Of a stretch of 64,000 nt of DNA, positions 1 through 10,056 are shown in pieces. The notes below the pieces were generated by a model that did not search any database, was not told the origin of the DNA, and was given only the letters and a program-made list of their open reading frames with translations. This stretch comes from a virus (Duplodnaviria; Caudoviricetes). The translations under genes were made by a program, and so were the position numbers. Position 1 is the first letter of the stretch. Every line of letters begins with the position of its first letter. The DNA lies in IMG/VR virus record IMGVR_UViG_3300031867_000031, positions 18,332 through 82,331 of that record; one strand, 5' to 3'.

Positions 1-1
1 T

Positions 2-1708
2 AAGTCCGGAAAAGCTTTGGATATTTACAAGGGTAGCACCAAAGCTGGAACCAACATTATTCAGTACACTATTAGCAATAACAACAATCAGAATTGGCTT
101 ATCTATCCGAATGGCACCGTATCCATCGATGGGCAGACAACTCCTACGTATGAAGTTCGTGCCCAAATCGGCAACAATCTTACTATGGATTGTCAGGGCG
201 GTGGAAAAACGGCTAAAACAAAGATCGAAACATGGACAAGGACTAATGGCATTAACCAGAGGTTTGCTTTTGTTAAAGCCGAACTTTCTGGAAATGATAT
301 TCCGCAACCTGGTCAGATTGATCAGCGGTCGTTTAGTCGCGATGGATACGGTGCTGTTTCGGTTAGTGGGTTGACATTTAGCTCAACCGAGACTGCGTTT
401 CAAGCTCGTTATAAGGTTCGTACATATACTCGAGCAAAGCAGAGCTATACGGATTCTGCTTGGATGAGTGTTGACGACGATTCGACTGCTCGTTCTGGCT
501 GGGGCGATGCTTGGGCTCCAGCATTTACCGGAACTCCTTCTGGCGGAAAGATTAGTATTCCGTTCAACAAGAGTTACGAAATCAGTGATAGTGCTCCTTA
601 TATCGATCTGATATTTGAGATTCGAGCGTTCCGTAATAGCTATGGCGCATCCAAGATGAAGGCGCATGGTCCGTCAAGGCAGACCACAATTTCTCTTACT
701 GCTCGACCTGTTCTCACAATGTCCTCTATTGAGATGGTGAATGATTACGGTAACATTGGCCTTAAGAGCACGGTCACGAATGCTTTGACGCAGGACTCGA
801 TTTTGCTTAGAGGACGTCTGGTTGATTCTACTGGACTGCCTATCAGCGAATGGACCAGTTCCCCAGACATGTACACGATCCATTCTCTTGGTGAATATTT
901 GTACAGGATTCCTGCTCCGGGAGAGGAAGTGACGTACGAGTTTACTTTGGTGAATCTTGACGGTACTCTTATTTCGCAAAAGTTTACTTCTACGGTAAAC
1001 TATGGCTCTTCCACCGTGACCGTTACTCCAACAATTTCCTATGTTGAGGACGATACCGGCTGTGCATTTATTACAAGTAATAAGCATACAAAAGATTATT
1101 GCTACATGGAAGTCGATACGCTTGATGGTATTGTTTGTGAGCCATGTCCAGAGATTACTGTTTCTTCTGGCCGAAAATGGAAGTGTGCACCGCCTTTGAA
1201 TCGCGACGTTAACATCGTGGTTGTCGGCAATTCCGGCACGTCCTACGGTGTAGTTAAGAAGACCGTTCGAGTAAATTCTCATTTTTCGATGTGGAATTGG
1301 ACGGACCCGGTCGCGCTAGACCATTACGCCGAGTGCGCAATTCTTGCTGTTAATGAGGAAAATCCTCCACAGCAAACTCGACATTATATCACAGATCAGT
1401 TGTATATTAAGCCTATCGGACGTAGATATCCTGTTGGGTTTGCTAGCAATAATATTACCGCCGATATGAGTATCGATGCCAATGTTCTGGATGATGATGC
1501 AGAGTATATTGCTTCGACTCCATTACCAGAGCATGCTCGCGGTATTTATATTCGCAAGATGCTGACTCTTAGTGGTCAAGGAATTCATCCAGTTTACAGG
1601 ACACCTTATGGCGATTGGCACACTGTTGCGATTGAAGAAATTGACTTTTCTAAAAAGGCTCTCGGATATTCTAATGTAACAGTTAAGCAGTCGGTTGTGG
1701 AGGATTAG
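2..1708 (+). CDS. Tail protein with N-terminal ricin-B (beta-trefoil) lectin repeats; 5'-truncated by the window edge
   Basis: Frame is open from nt 2 (KSGKALDIYKGSTKAGTNIIQY...NNNQNW; LTMDCQGG...INQRF are ricin QxW-type repeats); lies upstream of the tail fibre genes. Confidence 0.7.
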   Translation, partial: KSGKALDIYKGSTKAGTNIIQYTISNNNNQNWLIYPNGTVSIDGQTTPTYEVRAQIGNNLTMDCQGGGKTAKTKIETWTRTNGINQRFAFVKAELSGNDIPQPGQIDQRSFSRDGYGAVSVSGLTFSSTETAFQARYKVRTYTRAKQSYTDSAWMSVDDDSTARSGWGDAWAPAFTGTPSGGKISIPFNKSYEISDSAPYIDLIFEIRAFRNSYGASKMKAHGPSRQTTISLTARPVLTMSSIEMVNDYGNIGLKSTVTNALTQDSILLRGRLVDSTGLPISEWTSSPDMYTIHSLGEYLYRIPAPGEEVTYEFTLVNLDGTLISQKFTSTVNYGSSTVTVTPTISYVEDDTGCAFITSNKHTKDYCYMEVDTLDGIVCEPCPEITVSSGRKWKCAPPLNRDVNIVVVGNSGTSYGVVKKTVRVNSHFSMWNWTDPVALDHYAECAILAVNEENPPQQTRHYITDQLYIKPIGRRYPVGFASNNITADMSIDANVLDDDAEYIASTPLPEHARGIYIRKMLTLSGQGIHPVYRTPYGDWHTVAIEEIDFSKKALGYSNVTVKQSVVED

Positions 1709-1710
1709 TC

Positions 1711-2796
1711 ATGGACTGGACCATCGCAAACTACAGCTATGACATTACCGTCAGTGTCGTTCACCAAACCGACTTGGACAATGTACTTGGCTTTCTAGAG
1801 GGTGTTCAGAATAGCGGCATAACCATTACTGAGAACTATGAGTCAGATAGTCGTGTTCAGGCGAAGGTATCCACATATGTGAAAGAGGGCGAGAGCGACG
1901 GATATGTCGACAATGCTCGTCTTCGCATAAGTATAACCATTCCGTCTGAAGACTGGTATGAAGAACTTGTAACAGGCTATGTCTCTGATATTTCAGAAAC
2001 CATTGAACACGGTTATATAAATAGGTCTTACACAATCGAAGGAACTATCTGGGGTCTGCTCGATCATAAGATTAAAGATCCGATTACCATCGGTAAGGGC
2101 GCAAAACTGTTAACAATCTGGACCAATCTCATGAAGTCCCAGACTAAAATGCAGTACACAACTCAAGGCGCCCAAGACCATTCGTTCGGAAGCACAATCC
2201 TGTACGAACCTGGTAGCGACTTAAGCACGGTTTTATTCGAGATATCTGAAGGTTATGATCGAATGGACGTTGACGGACACGGTCGCGTCACTCTAACCAA
2301 GTATATCGCGCCATCCAAGCAGACTCCTTCGATTGTCATAGATGCTCATGATTTGTTTGGCTTAACTGTTGCGCCAATTAACAAAACTTATAAGAAATGG
2401 GAATCTCCTGGTCGAGCAATTGTCACGGCAACTATTTCGAAAGAGCAAAACGGTAAAACCACGCAGGAAGTTATTGCAGGTTCGTATGATGCTCCTGCGA
2501 CAGACGATACATCAATCGATGTTCGAGGTTATTTGAAGGCTCGTTCTGATTCATATTCAGGAGCTAGCGAGAATCCTTCAAAATCGGAACTAGATTCCAT
2601 AGCTAAGCAGAATTGGGAAGATGCCCAAGATAAGGGAAATGAGTGGACAGCGAGCAGTGTATTTGCGGATTACCACGCAGGCATGGTTGCGACGTTCATT
2701 CCTCAAGGAGCTGATTCGAGTTGTAAAGTTCTGATAAAGAGCGTAACTACAAATCTCTCCGAATTTACGCAGGAACTTTCGATGAAAGAGGTTTAA
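1711..2796 (+). CDS. Tail/baseplate hub-like protein
   Basis: 361-aa ORF between tail proteins; position and size fit a siphovirus hub (Tal-like) protein; no catalytic motif seen. Confidence 0.5.
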   Translation: MDWTIANYSYDITVSVVHQTDLDNVLGFLEGVQNSGITITENYESDSRVQAKVSTYVKEGESDGYVDNARLRISITIPSEDWYEELVTGYVSDISETIEHGYINRSYTIEGTIWGLLDHKIKDPITIGKGAKLLTIWTNLMKSQTKMQYTTQGAQDHSFGSTILYEPGSDLSTVLFEISEGYDRMDVDGHGRVTLTKYIAPSKQTPSIVIDAHDLFGLTVAPINKTYKKWESPGRAIVTATISKEQNGKTTQEVIAGSYDAPATDDTSIDVRGYLKARSDSYSGASENPSKSELDSIAKQNWEDAQDKGNEWTASSVFADYHAGMVATFIPQGADSSCKVLIKSVTTNLSEFTQELSMKEV

Positions 2797-2802
2797 TCTC
2801 TT

Positions 2803-5800
2803 ATGTTGAAATCAGAAGCCGCCGCTTATTTAGCCGGCGTAACTCAGACTGAGGGGGCGGAGGCTTCTGCTCCTACGAATCTTCACGTGATTACTGGTGA
2901 AGTGGGTGAAGCGTCTGCAGACGGCAAAACCCTTGTTAAAATTGATGGCCTCATGTTCTCCGAGAGTGATGACCAATTTATTGAGGTTGATGCTCTCGGA
3001 GGACTTGAGGAAGGCGATATTGCAACTATTGTTCTGACTGGCGAGCAGGGGCATGCAATGACCCCGCTTGCTCTTGGTTCGATTGGCTCTGTAGACCGCA
3101 TTACTGTTCGAATCGCTGCAATTGAGGCTGACTATATTAAAGTTGAGCAACTCGATGCGGCGAAGGCTCGAATTGGAGAGCTTGAGGCCGACCACGTGTC
3201 TGTCGACGACTTTAATGCCGCTACTGGTCGAATCGGCACTCTTGAAACCACTCGAGCTACCATCACAGACCTCGAGGCGGCTAAGGCTAGAATTGGAACT
3301 CTTGAGGCTGACCATGTCTCTACTGATGACTTGAGCGCGGCTACTGCTAGAATCGGCACGCTTGAGACAAATACGGCTGACATCGGCACCATTCGCGCCA
3401 ATTCTGCTAAGGTTCAGAACCTCACGGCTGCTGAGCTCGAGGCGGACCACGCTACTGTCGGGTCGTTGAGTACCACTTATGCGACTATTGCAAATCTAAA
3501 TGCCGCAAATGGCCGAATCACGAATCTCGAATCGACCAAGGCCAACATCTCGGACCTTGAGGCCGATTACATTACGGCAGACGAGATTGAGGCCACCTAC
3601 ATGCACGCTAACATGTCGAACAGCGACGTGGCGTGGATTGAGAATGGTACCATCAAGAACGGCGCGATTGTTAGTGCCATGATTAACGATGTCAGCGCAA
3701 ATAAGCTGACGGCGGGCACTATCAATGGTTCGGTCATCAACGTTACGAACCTCAATGCCGATAACATCACGACTGGCACCATCAATGGACAGCGCATCGG
3801 TGAGGGTTCGCTCAGTCTTTCAAAATTGGAAGATGATGTCTACACCGAATCTGAAGTTGATGCTAAGTTAGCAACAATGCAGTCTGAGATTGATGGCGCT
3901 ATTGAGACTTGGACTGGAACCGCTGTACCTACGCTGAACAACTCTCCTGCGAGTAACTGGACGACTGCTGCGGTTAGGGATACGCACGTCGGCGACGTAT
4001 ATTTTGTTGTGAATTCTCAGTCGCAGCAGAATGGTTACAACTACCGATTCACAAAGAGTGGTAGTACATATTCTTGGCAGCTAATCAAGGACAGCGACGT
4101 AACCAATGCCTTGCAGAGACTTGAGACAGCTGAGGGCAAGATCACTACCTTCGACAGCGATATTTCCACACTCAAGACCGATACGGGCTCGTTAACTACA
4201 AGAACCACCAACCTTGAGACCCGCATGTCTGACGCAGAGGATGATATTCTCGATAAGGTTGATACGACGACCTTCAACGAGGTCAGCGACACAGTAGACC
4301 AGCATTCGCAGACTATCTCTCAGCACACCACGGCAATCGCCAACAAGGCGGATAGTTCAACAGTCACCGCCGTTACGAACCGCGTCAGCAAGAATGAGCA
4401 GGACATCTCTGGCATTAACACCACCATCGGTGAGCTGCAAGAGACGGTCGAGAGCAAGGCAGACGGGTCGACTGTAACCACCATCAGCAACAAACTCAAC
4501 ACCGTGAGTGACACGGTTGACGGCCACACGCAGACCCTCACTAGCGTCCAGAACACTCTGAGCACCAAGGCAGACAGCTCCACCGTCAGTACCCTCACCA
4601 CGAAGGTGAACAACGTCTCCGACACGGTTGATGGTCATACCTCGCAACTCTCAAGCATCACTACCACTCAGACCACGATGCAGGGCACCCTCGACAAGAC
4701 GGTTAAATCCAGCATCCAGCTCTGGTACTCCAAGGCCAACACGACCGCGCCGAGCAAGCCTACTTCTCAGGTTACGAGCACTAGTACGTCTGGCAACGCT
4801 TGGCGAATCGTGGTGCCCGCCTACAACTCAAGCTACCCTCACTACTACTATTGCTGGCAGTATGAGTATGCGGATGGTACCTATGGCTGGTCCGCGGTCG
4901 TGCGCGACATCGCCATGGGAGAGAGCCAGTCCACCGCTAGGACGGCTGATTCCAACGCATCCGCTGCGGTCACCACAGCCAACACCGCGAACGCTAACGC
5001 ATCGACGGCCCTGTCCACGGCCAACACTGCCAATACCAACGCGTCGGACGCGAAGACCGCGGCAACCACCGCTAGCACGACCGCATCCGAGGCCAAGACC
5101 ACTGCGGAGACGGCGGCAAGCGACGCAAGCACGGCAAAGACCAACGCGGCGTCTGCCGTGAGCACGGCCAACTCCGCGAGCACCACGGCCACCAACGCCC
5201 AGAGCACGGCGAACGCCAACATCAAATCCAGCGTGCAGCTCTGGTTCACGAAGGCGAACAGCACGGCACCGAGCAAGCCAACGTCGGTCGTCAGCACCAG
5301 CAACGCGAACACGGCGAACGCTTGGAACCTCGTGGTGCCAGTCTGGAACAGTGGCTACCCGCACTACTTCTACTGCTACCAGCAGCAGAAGGGCGATGGC
5401 AACTACCAGTGGACCGACGTCGTATACGACCGCGCCACCTCAGAGGCCCAGCAGCTCGCAAACACGACCAGCACGAGCCTCAGCACGCTACAGACGAACT
5501 ACGCCACGTTCAAACAGACTACCGAGCAGTTCGAGTCAACGGTAGGCTCTAGGCTCACGACAATCGAGAGCGACATTGACGGTGTTGAGGAACGAGTCTC
5601 CGACAACGAGACCTCAATCTCCAACAACGCCTCGGCCATCGCCCTCAAGGCCAACTCCTCAGACGTTTACACGAAGAGCACTGTTGACGGCAAGATTACG
5701 CAGGAGGTCACAGACCGCGACGCCGCAATCACCGCGAAGGCCAATGAGATTACCTCCACCGTCTCACAGAACTACACCACCAAGGACGAGTTTAATAACC

Positions 5801-8800
5801 TCGAGATTGGCGGGAGGAACTTCATACTTCGCTCCGGAGACTTCTACAGGTGGAACGGAACGACATCGAGTGAAGTGACTCTTGTTAATGAGGACGGTGG
5901 AACCTACGCAACCATAACACCGCCATCTGTTTCATGGTCAAACATATCTGGCTCCGCGCATCGTCCGATTGAACTCTTGAACGGAAAGACCGTCACAATT
6001 TCCTGTGACGTTCGTGGGCATAACGTCCCAAGTAGCGCAGTTTCCAGCTTCTACCTGAACATTCATGGCTATGCCAACCAGACCACGGCAAGCAGAATCG
6101 GAACCATTGATTCTTGGTTTTTATCCTCTGTTCTGAAGGAAAACGAATGGGTGCGAATTAGCAAGACCTTAACGTTCGATGATGATGCACGAAAATCGTT
6201 TAGCCAGATTCCATCGGGATACACATACGAGAGCATCACGCACTTTGACGTTGCACTCTACAATCATGGCGGGTTCCCCATCGACTACCGTCACCCGCAG
6301 TTGGAATACGGCAACAAGGCCACTGAATGGACTCCCGCACCGGAGGACATCGAGACTCGCATATCATCGGCAGAGTCAAGCATCACCCAGAATGCCCAGA
6401 ACATCGAACTCAAGGTGTCCAAGGACGGGGTAATCAGCTCAATCAACCAGAGTGCTGAGACGGTCAAGATTCAGGCGTCGAAGGTCGAAATTAACGGCAC
6501 TGCGATATTCTCAGCGATTAAGTCTAGTGCTGACGCCGCTTATGATGCCAAGGGTGCGGCCGCGACGGTTCAGGACAACTTAGACAATCTTGAGGTTGGT
6601 GGGAGGAATTTGCTGCCACAGACCCAGAATTGGGGCAAAGTTTCTACCAGTAATGGAACCGGAACTATCACTAGCGATATGAAAGCTGGTTGCCAAATCT
6701 TAAAGTTCGTTTGGGGTTCAGGTAGTGCTGATGTGTTCTTTACCGGGAAATGGACTAGACCATTAGAAGCAAACGCATGGTATACACTTTCCTTTTGGGC
6801 AAGAGCGGACGCAGCAATCGACCTACGCAATTATTTATGGTCCCCAGCTGTTGTAGATGAGGGACGAAATTCTGTCGGAAGAACAACATCATCTTCTGAC
6901 GGAGCAATATTAACGCCAATCACGACGTCATGGGAACGCTATTGGATTGCATGGCACGTCAAAGCGGGATCCTCTTTACCAAACAATGTTATGATTGGTA
7001 GATTGCTGTCGGCCGGAACCGTATACTTTGCTGGTGCAAAGTTTGAAAAGGGCAACAAAGCTACTGATTGGACTCCTGCACCAGAGGACCAAACAGCTTA
7101 TGTTGATGACTCCATTTCATCGATTCAGGTCGGCAGTAGGAACCTGCTGAGATTGACTCAAAATCCCCAAGTGTCATCAACTGCGTGGTCTTACACGGCG
7201 GTGCCGATGAGCATTAATGGGTGGACGAAGTATGCTAACGCAGTAACTTTGGAGCGCAAAGATAACGGTATAAAGGCAACTCACAATACTTCAAGCACTA
7301 GCGACGGTTTTGCTGTACCACTTGTCGCGTACAATGCCGTAACAGGCGGAGAGAGTCTTTCCGTTTCATTCGAGTATCGAACCAACATGACCTCAATCGG
7401 AACGCCATATCTTCTTGCAACAACTAACGAAGGTGGTACCACTGGCAATACCTCTCTTGGCCATAGCGTTTCAGTAACAAAGTCCGAAACCGAGTGGGCT
7501 AAGTTCAGTGCTGTTTGGACATTCCCCACAGCAACAAATAAGGTCTATGCATTTCTTCTTCTGACTTATGTAGCAACATCAGGTGGATGGATAGAGATTA
7601 AAGACGGCACGCTCAAGCTCGAAAAGGGCAACAAAGCTACCGACTGGACGCCCGCACCAGAAGACATCGATGCTTCCATCGAAACAGCCTCTGGCAACGG
7701 CTTCTACGTCAAGTGGGACGACAACCAGGGAACCACATATGCTGGTGGTGAGGCAAGGTTCTACGCCTACGACCCCGTCATGAAGACCAAGGGCACGGGT
7801 GCGGGCTGGGTTCTGTGGAACGGAGTCAAGCGCACGGTCCCGAGCGCCACGGTCAACCCGAACAGCGCATATCCGTATAACATTCCCATCTATCTCGTGC
7901 TCAGGCTGTCAAGCGCTACGTCCACGACGGGCACCATCTATGCGGTCTGGTACAACGGCGGATGGAAGTCGGCCAATCCAGACGCGGCTACGAGCAGTGC
8001 CATCTCCGACTGGACGTGGGTAGAAGCGACTGATATCGTTCTTGCATCCTGTGTTGAGCCTTCGTCCGAGGCGCAGTTCACGGATTGCCAGACGTATGAC
8101 CCGCCGCTGCTCTGTACGCAGGTGACCACCATCACGACGACGGCGGCATCCGCTCAGGCATTGGCGACCACGGCAAACACCACCGCCAACGCGGCTGCGC
8201 CCAAGGCAAGCGCGGTCAAGCGCACCCAGCGCATCTGGTATCGCTCGAACAGCGCCACGGCTCCGGCTACGCCTGGTACGGCATCCTCGAACTGGGTGAC
8301 CAAGCCAGATGATGGTAACGCCGCGTGGACCAAGATGCACGTCGCCATCAGCAGCACGCACAAGTATATCTACACGTGTGAGCAGTACGAGATGGCTAAT
8401 GGCACGGTGGGATATACGTCCGTCCTGCTGGACAACACCATTACGGTAATCGACGGTGGAAACATTATCACGGGTACCGTCACAGCGAATAAGCTCAATG
8501 CAGCTAACATCAATGCTAGCAAGACTTTGACCGTGGGCGCGATGACAGACGCAGCTGCCAGCACGATTCTGAATAGCAACATGGTAGTGGGCGGAAGAAA
8601 CCTGCTTCTTGCGACGGGTACTCCGCAATCAAAGACCATGCCTGCAATAGCTGCTGGAAGCTATACTACTTGGGATCCGTACAAGCTTGTTGGCGCATAC
8701 AATACGTTAGGGTTGTCCGCTGGTGACAGCATAACAATCTCATTCGATTGGAGCGTTACTGGCGCAGCGGCGAACTCTACCCTCAAGATAGGAACAAACG

Positions 8801-10053
8801 TTGATCCTTGGGAATATTTCGGTGTTCTTGTAACCTTTGCGGCTGGAGCTTCGAGCGGGCATGTGAAGAAGACCTATACAGTTAGTTCAAAGTTGGCGTC
8901 GTGTGCTGGAACGACACTTCGCGCAAGAATTGATGCCGTTGGAACGGCAATCACGACTTCGATGGTGTTAACATTGTCCAACGTGAAACTCGAAAAGGGT
9001 AATAAGGCCACCGATTGGACTCCTGCTCCGGAGGACCAGACAGAATATGTCGATTCGATTACCTATCAGTCGGCCCGGCCGAACCTGAGCCCTTTTTTCA
9101 CAATGCCACTTAATGATATCTACTCAAGCAATAATGCGAATGGATATTGGGACAACAACAAATCGATGACTGGTTCTGGGGCGATCGTTCTTGAACAACT
9201 ATCGGATGGATGGGCACATTATAATTATAATAACACCGGAACGAATATGGTATGGCTTACTATATATGAAATTGGTTCATGGCGTCATCTTGCAGGTGAC
9301 TTGAAGGGTAATACAAAGTATACAGTCCTGATGGAATTTCGTAACGTCACTAAGAGTGGAAACGTGACCTGCATTGGCACCACGCAACATGCAACATCAT
9401 GGCCTTCGATGTTTGTGGGAAACAGTAGTCTCGGAAACGTTGCTGTCGCTAATGGTTCTCAGTACCATGTCGGAACGACAATCGCCGATCCTTCGTCGGT
9501 CGCTAATTCGACACATTGTACAACCCGTACGCTTATTGCGATACCGCCTGGGGCTTCTATAACTTGTGATCTCCGCGTGTCTCTTTATGAGGGCGAATAT
9601 ACCGGTCCATACAAGTCGTATTCTGGCGATATGCTATATGCCACTAATTCGGCATTGGAAGGCACCAACGAATCGCTGGAAGGCGCCATCACTGACATTG
9701 GCGAGCTTTCGGACCAGCTTGTCGACACCACGACGGAGCAGAACAAGACCATTACCACCATCCAGACGTATCTTAACTCATTAAGACAGGACCTTGACGC
9801 CGAGATTGAATCTCGCCAGAAGTGGCTCAATTTCGACACGGCTGAGGGTCTGATAATCGGAGCAAAAAACAGCACGTTCAAGACAGTCACGACTAACACC
9901 TCGCAGCAGTTTAAAAACGGTGGCACAGTTCTAGCAGAGACGAGCGGCATGGAGTTCGTGGCACCTGTCATGCGCTCCGATCAGATTCTCATAGGCAACT
10001 GGATGTGGACTAGGCGAGACAATGGAAACCTGTCCCTCAAGTGGATTGGATAG
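2803..10053 (+). CDS. Large modular tail fibre / host-specificity protein
   Basis: 2416 aa; coiled-coil repeats (ARIGxLExxxxxxxDL), 37-aa KADSSTV repeats, and jelly-roll/CBM-like modules bounded by GGRNLL...EKGNKATDWTPAPED; C-terminus W.W..R.NGNLSLKWIG typical of siphovirus fibres. Confidence 0.85.
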   Translation: MLKSEAAAYLAGVTQTEGAEASAPTNLHVITGEVGEASADGKTLVKIDGLMFSESDDQFIEVDALGGLEEGDIATIVLTGEQGHAMTPLALGSIGSVDRITVRIAAIEADYIKVEQLDAAKARIGELEADHVSVDDFNAATGRIGTLETTRATITDLEAAKARIGTLEADHVSTDDLSAATARIGTLETNTADIGTIRANSAKVQNLTAAELEADHATVGSLSTTYATIANLNAANGRITNLESTKANISDLEADYITADEIEATYMHANMSNSDVAWIENGTIKNGAIVSAMINDVSANKLTAGTINGSVINVTNLNADNITTGTINGQRIGEGSLSLSKLEDDVYTESEVDAKLATMQSEIDGAIETWTGTAVPTLNNSPASNWTTAAVRDTHVGDVYFVVNSQSQQNGYNYRFTKSGSTYSWQLIKDSDVTNALQRLETAEGKITTFDSDISTLKTDTGSLTTRTTNLETRMSDAEDDILDKVDTTTFNEVSDTVDQHSQTISQHTTAIANKADSSTVTAVTNRVSKNEQDISGINTTIGELQETVESKADGSTVTTISNKLNTVSDTVDGHTQTLTSVQNTLSTKADSSTVSTLTTKVNNVSDTVDGHTSQLSSITTTQTTMQGTLDKTVKSSIQLWYSKANTTAPSKPTSQVTSTSTSGNAWRIVVPAYNSSYPHYYYCWQYEYADGTYGWSAVVRDIAMGESQSTARTADSNASAAVTTANTANANASTALSTANTANTNASDAKTAATTASTTASEAKTTAETAASDASTAKTNAASAVSTANSASTTATNAQSTANANIKSSVQLWFTKANSTAPSKPTSVVSTSNANTANAWNLVVPVWNSGYPHYFYCYQQQKGDGNYQWTDVVYDRATSEAQQLANTTSTSLSTLQTNYATFKQTTEQFESTVGSRLTTIESDIDGVEERVSDNETSISNNASAIALKANSSDVYTKSTVDGKITQEVTDRDAAITAKANEITSTVSQNYTTKDEFNNLEIGGRNFILRSGDFYRWNGTTSSEVTLVNEDGGTYATITPPSVSWSNISGSAHRPIELLNGKTVTISCDVRGHNVPSSAVSSFYLNIHGYANQTTASRIGTIDSWFLSSVLKENEWVRISKTLTFDDDARKSFSQIPSGYTYESITHFDVALYNHGGFPIDYRHPQLEYGNKATEWTPAPEDIETRISSAESSITQNAQNIELKVSKDGVISSINQSAETVKIQASKVEINGTAIFSAIKSSADAAYDAKGAAATVQDNLDNLEVGGRNLLPQTQNWGKVSTSNGTGTITSDMKAGCQILKFVWGSGSADVFFTGKWTRPLEANAWYTLSFWARADAAIDLRNYLWSPAVVDEGRNSVGRTTSSSDGAILTPITTSWERYWIAWHVKAGSSLPNNVMIGRLLSAGTVYFAGAKFEKGNKATDWTPAPEDQTAYVDDSISSIQVGSRNLLRLTQNPQVSSTAWSYTAVPMSINGWTKYANAVTLERKDNGIKATHNTSSTSDGFAVPLVAYNAVTGGESLSVSFEYRTNMTSIGTPYLLATTNEGGTTGNTSLGHSVSVTKSETEWAKFSAVWTFPTATNKVYAFLLLTYVATSGGWIEIKDGTLKLEKGNKATDWTPAPEDIDASIETASGNGFYVKWDDNQGTTYAGGEARFYAYDPVMKTKGTGAGWVLWNGVKRTVPSATVNPNSAYPYNIPIYLVLRLSSATSTTGTIYAVWYNGGWKSANPDAATSSAISDWTWVEATDIVLASCVEPSSEAQFTDCQTYDPPLLCTQVTTITTTAASAQALATTANTTANAAAPKASAVKRTQRIWYRSNSATAPATPGTASSNWVTKPDDGNAAWTKMHVAISSTHKYIYTCEQYEMANGTVGYTSVLLDNTITVIDGGNIITGTVTANKLNAANINASKTLTVGAMTDAAASTILNSNMVVGGRNLLLATGTPQSKTMPAIAAGSYTTWDPYKLVGAYNTLGLSAGDSITISFDWSVTGAAANSTLKIGTNVDPWEYFGVLVTFAAGASSGHVKKTYTVSSKLASCAGTTLRARIDAVGTAITTSMVLTLSNVKLEKGNKATDWTPAPEDQTEYVDSITYQSARPNLSPFFTMPLNDIYSSNNANGYWDNNKSMTGSGAIVLEQLSDGWAHYNYNNTGTNMVWLTIYEIGSWRHLAGDLKGNTKYTVLMEFRNVTKSGNVTCIGTTQHATSWPSMFVGNSSLGNVAVANGSQYHVGTTIADPSSVANSTHCTTRTLIAIPPGASITCDLRVSLYEGEYTGPYKSYSGDMLYATNSALEGTNESLEGAITDIGELSDQLVDTTTEQNKTITTIQTYLNSLRQDLDAEIESRQKWLNFDTAEGLIIGAKNSTFKTVTTNTSQQFKNGGTVLAETSGMEFVAPVMRSDQILIGNWMWTRRDNGNLSLKWIG

Positions 10054-10056
10054 CAT

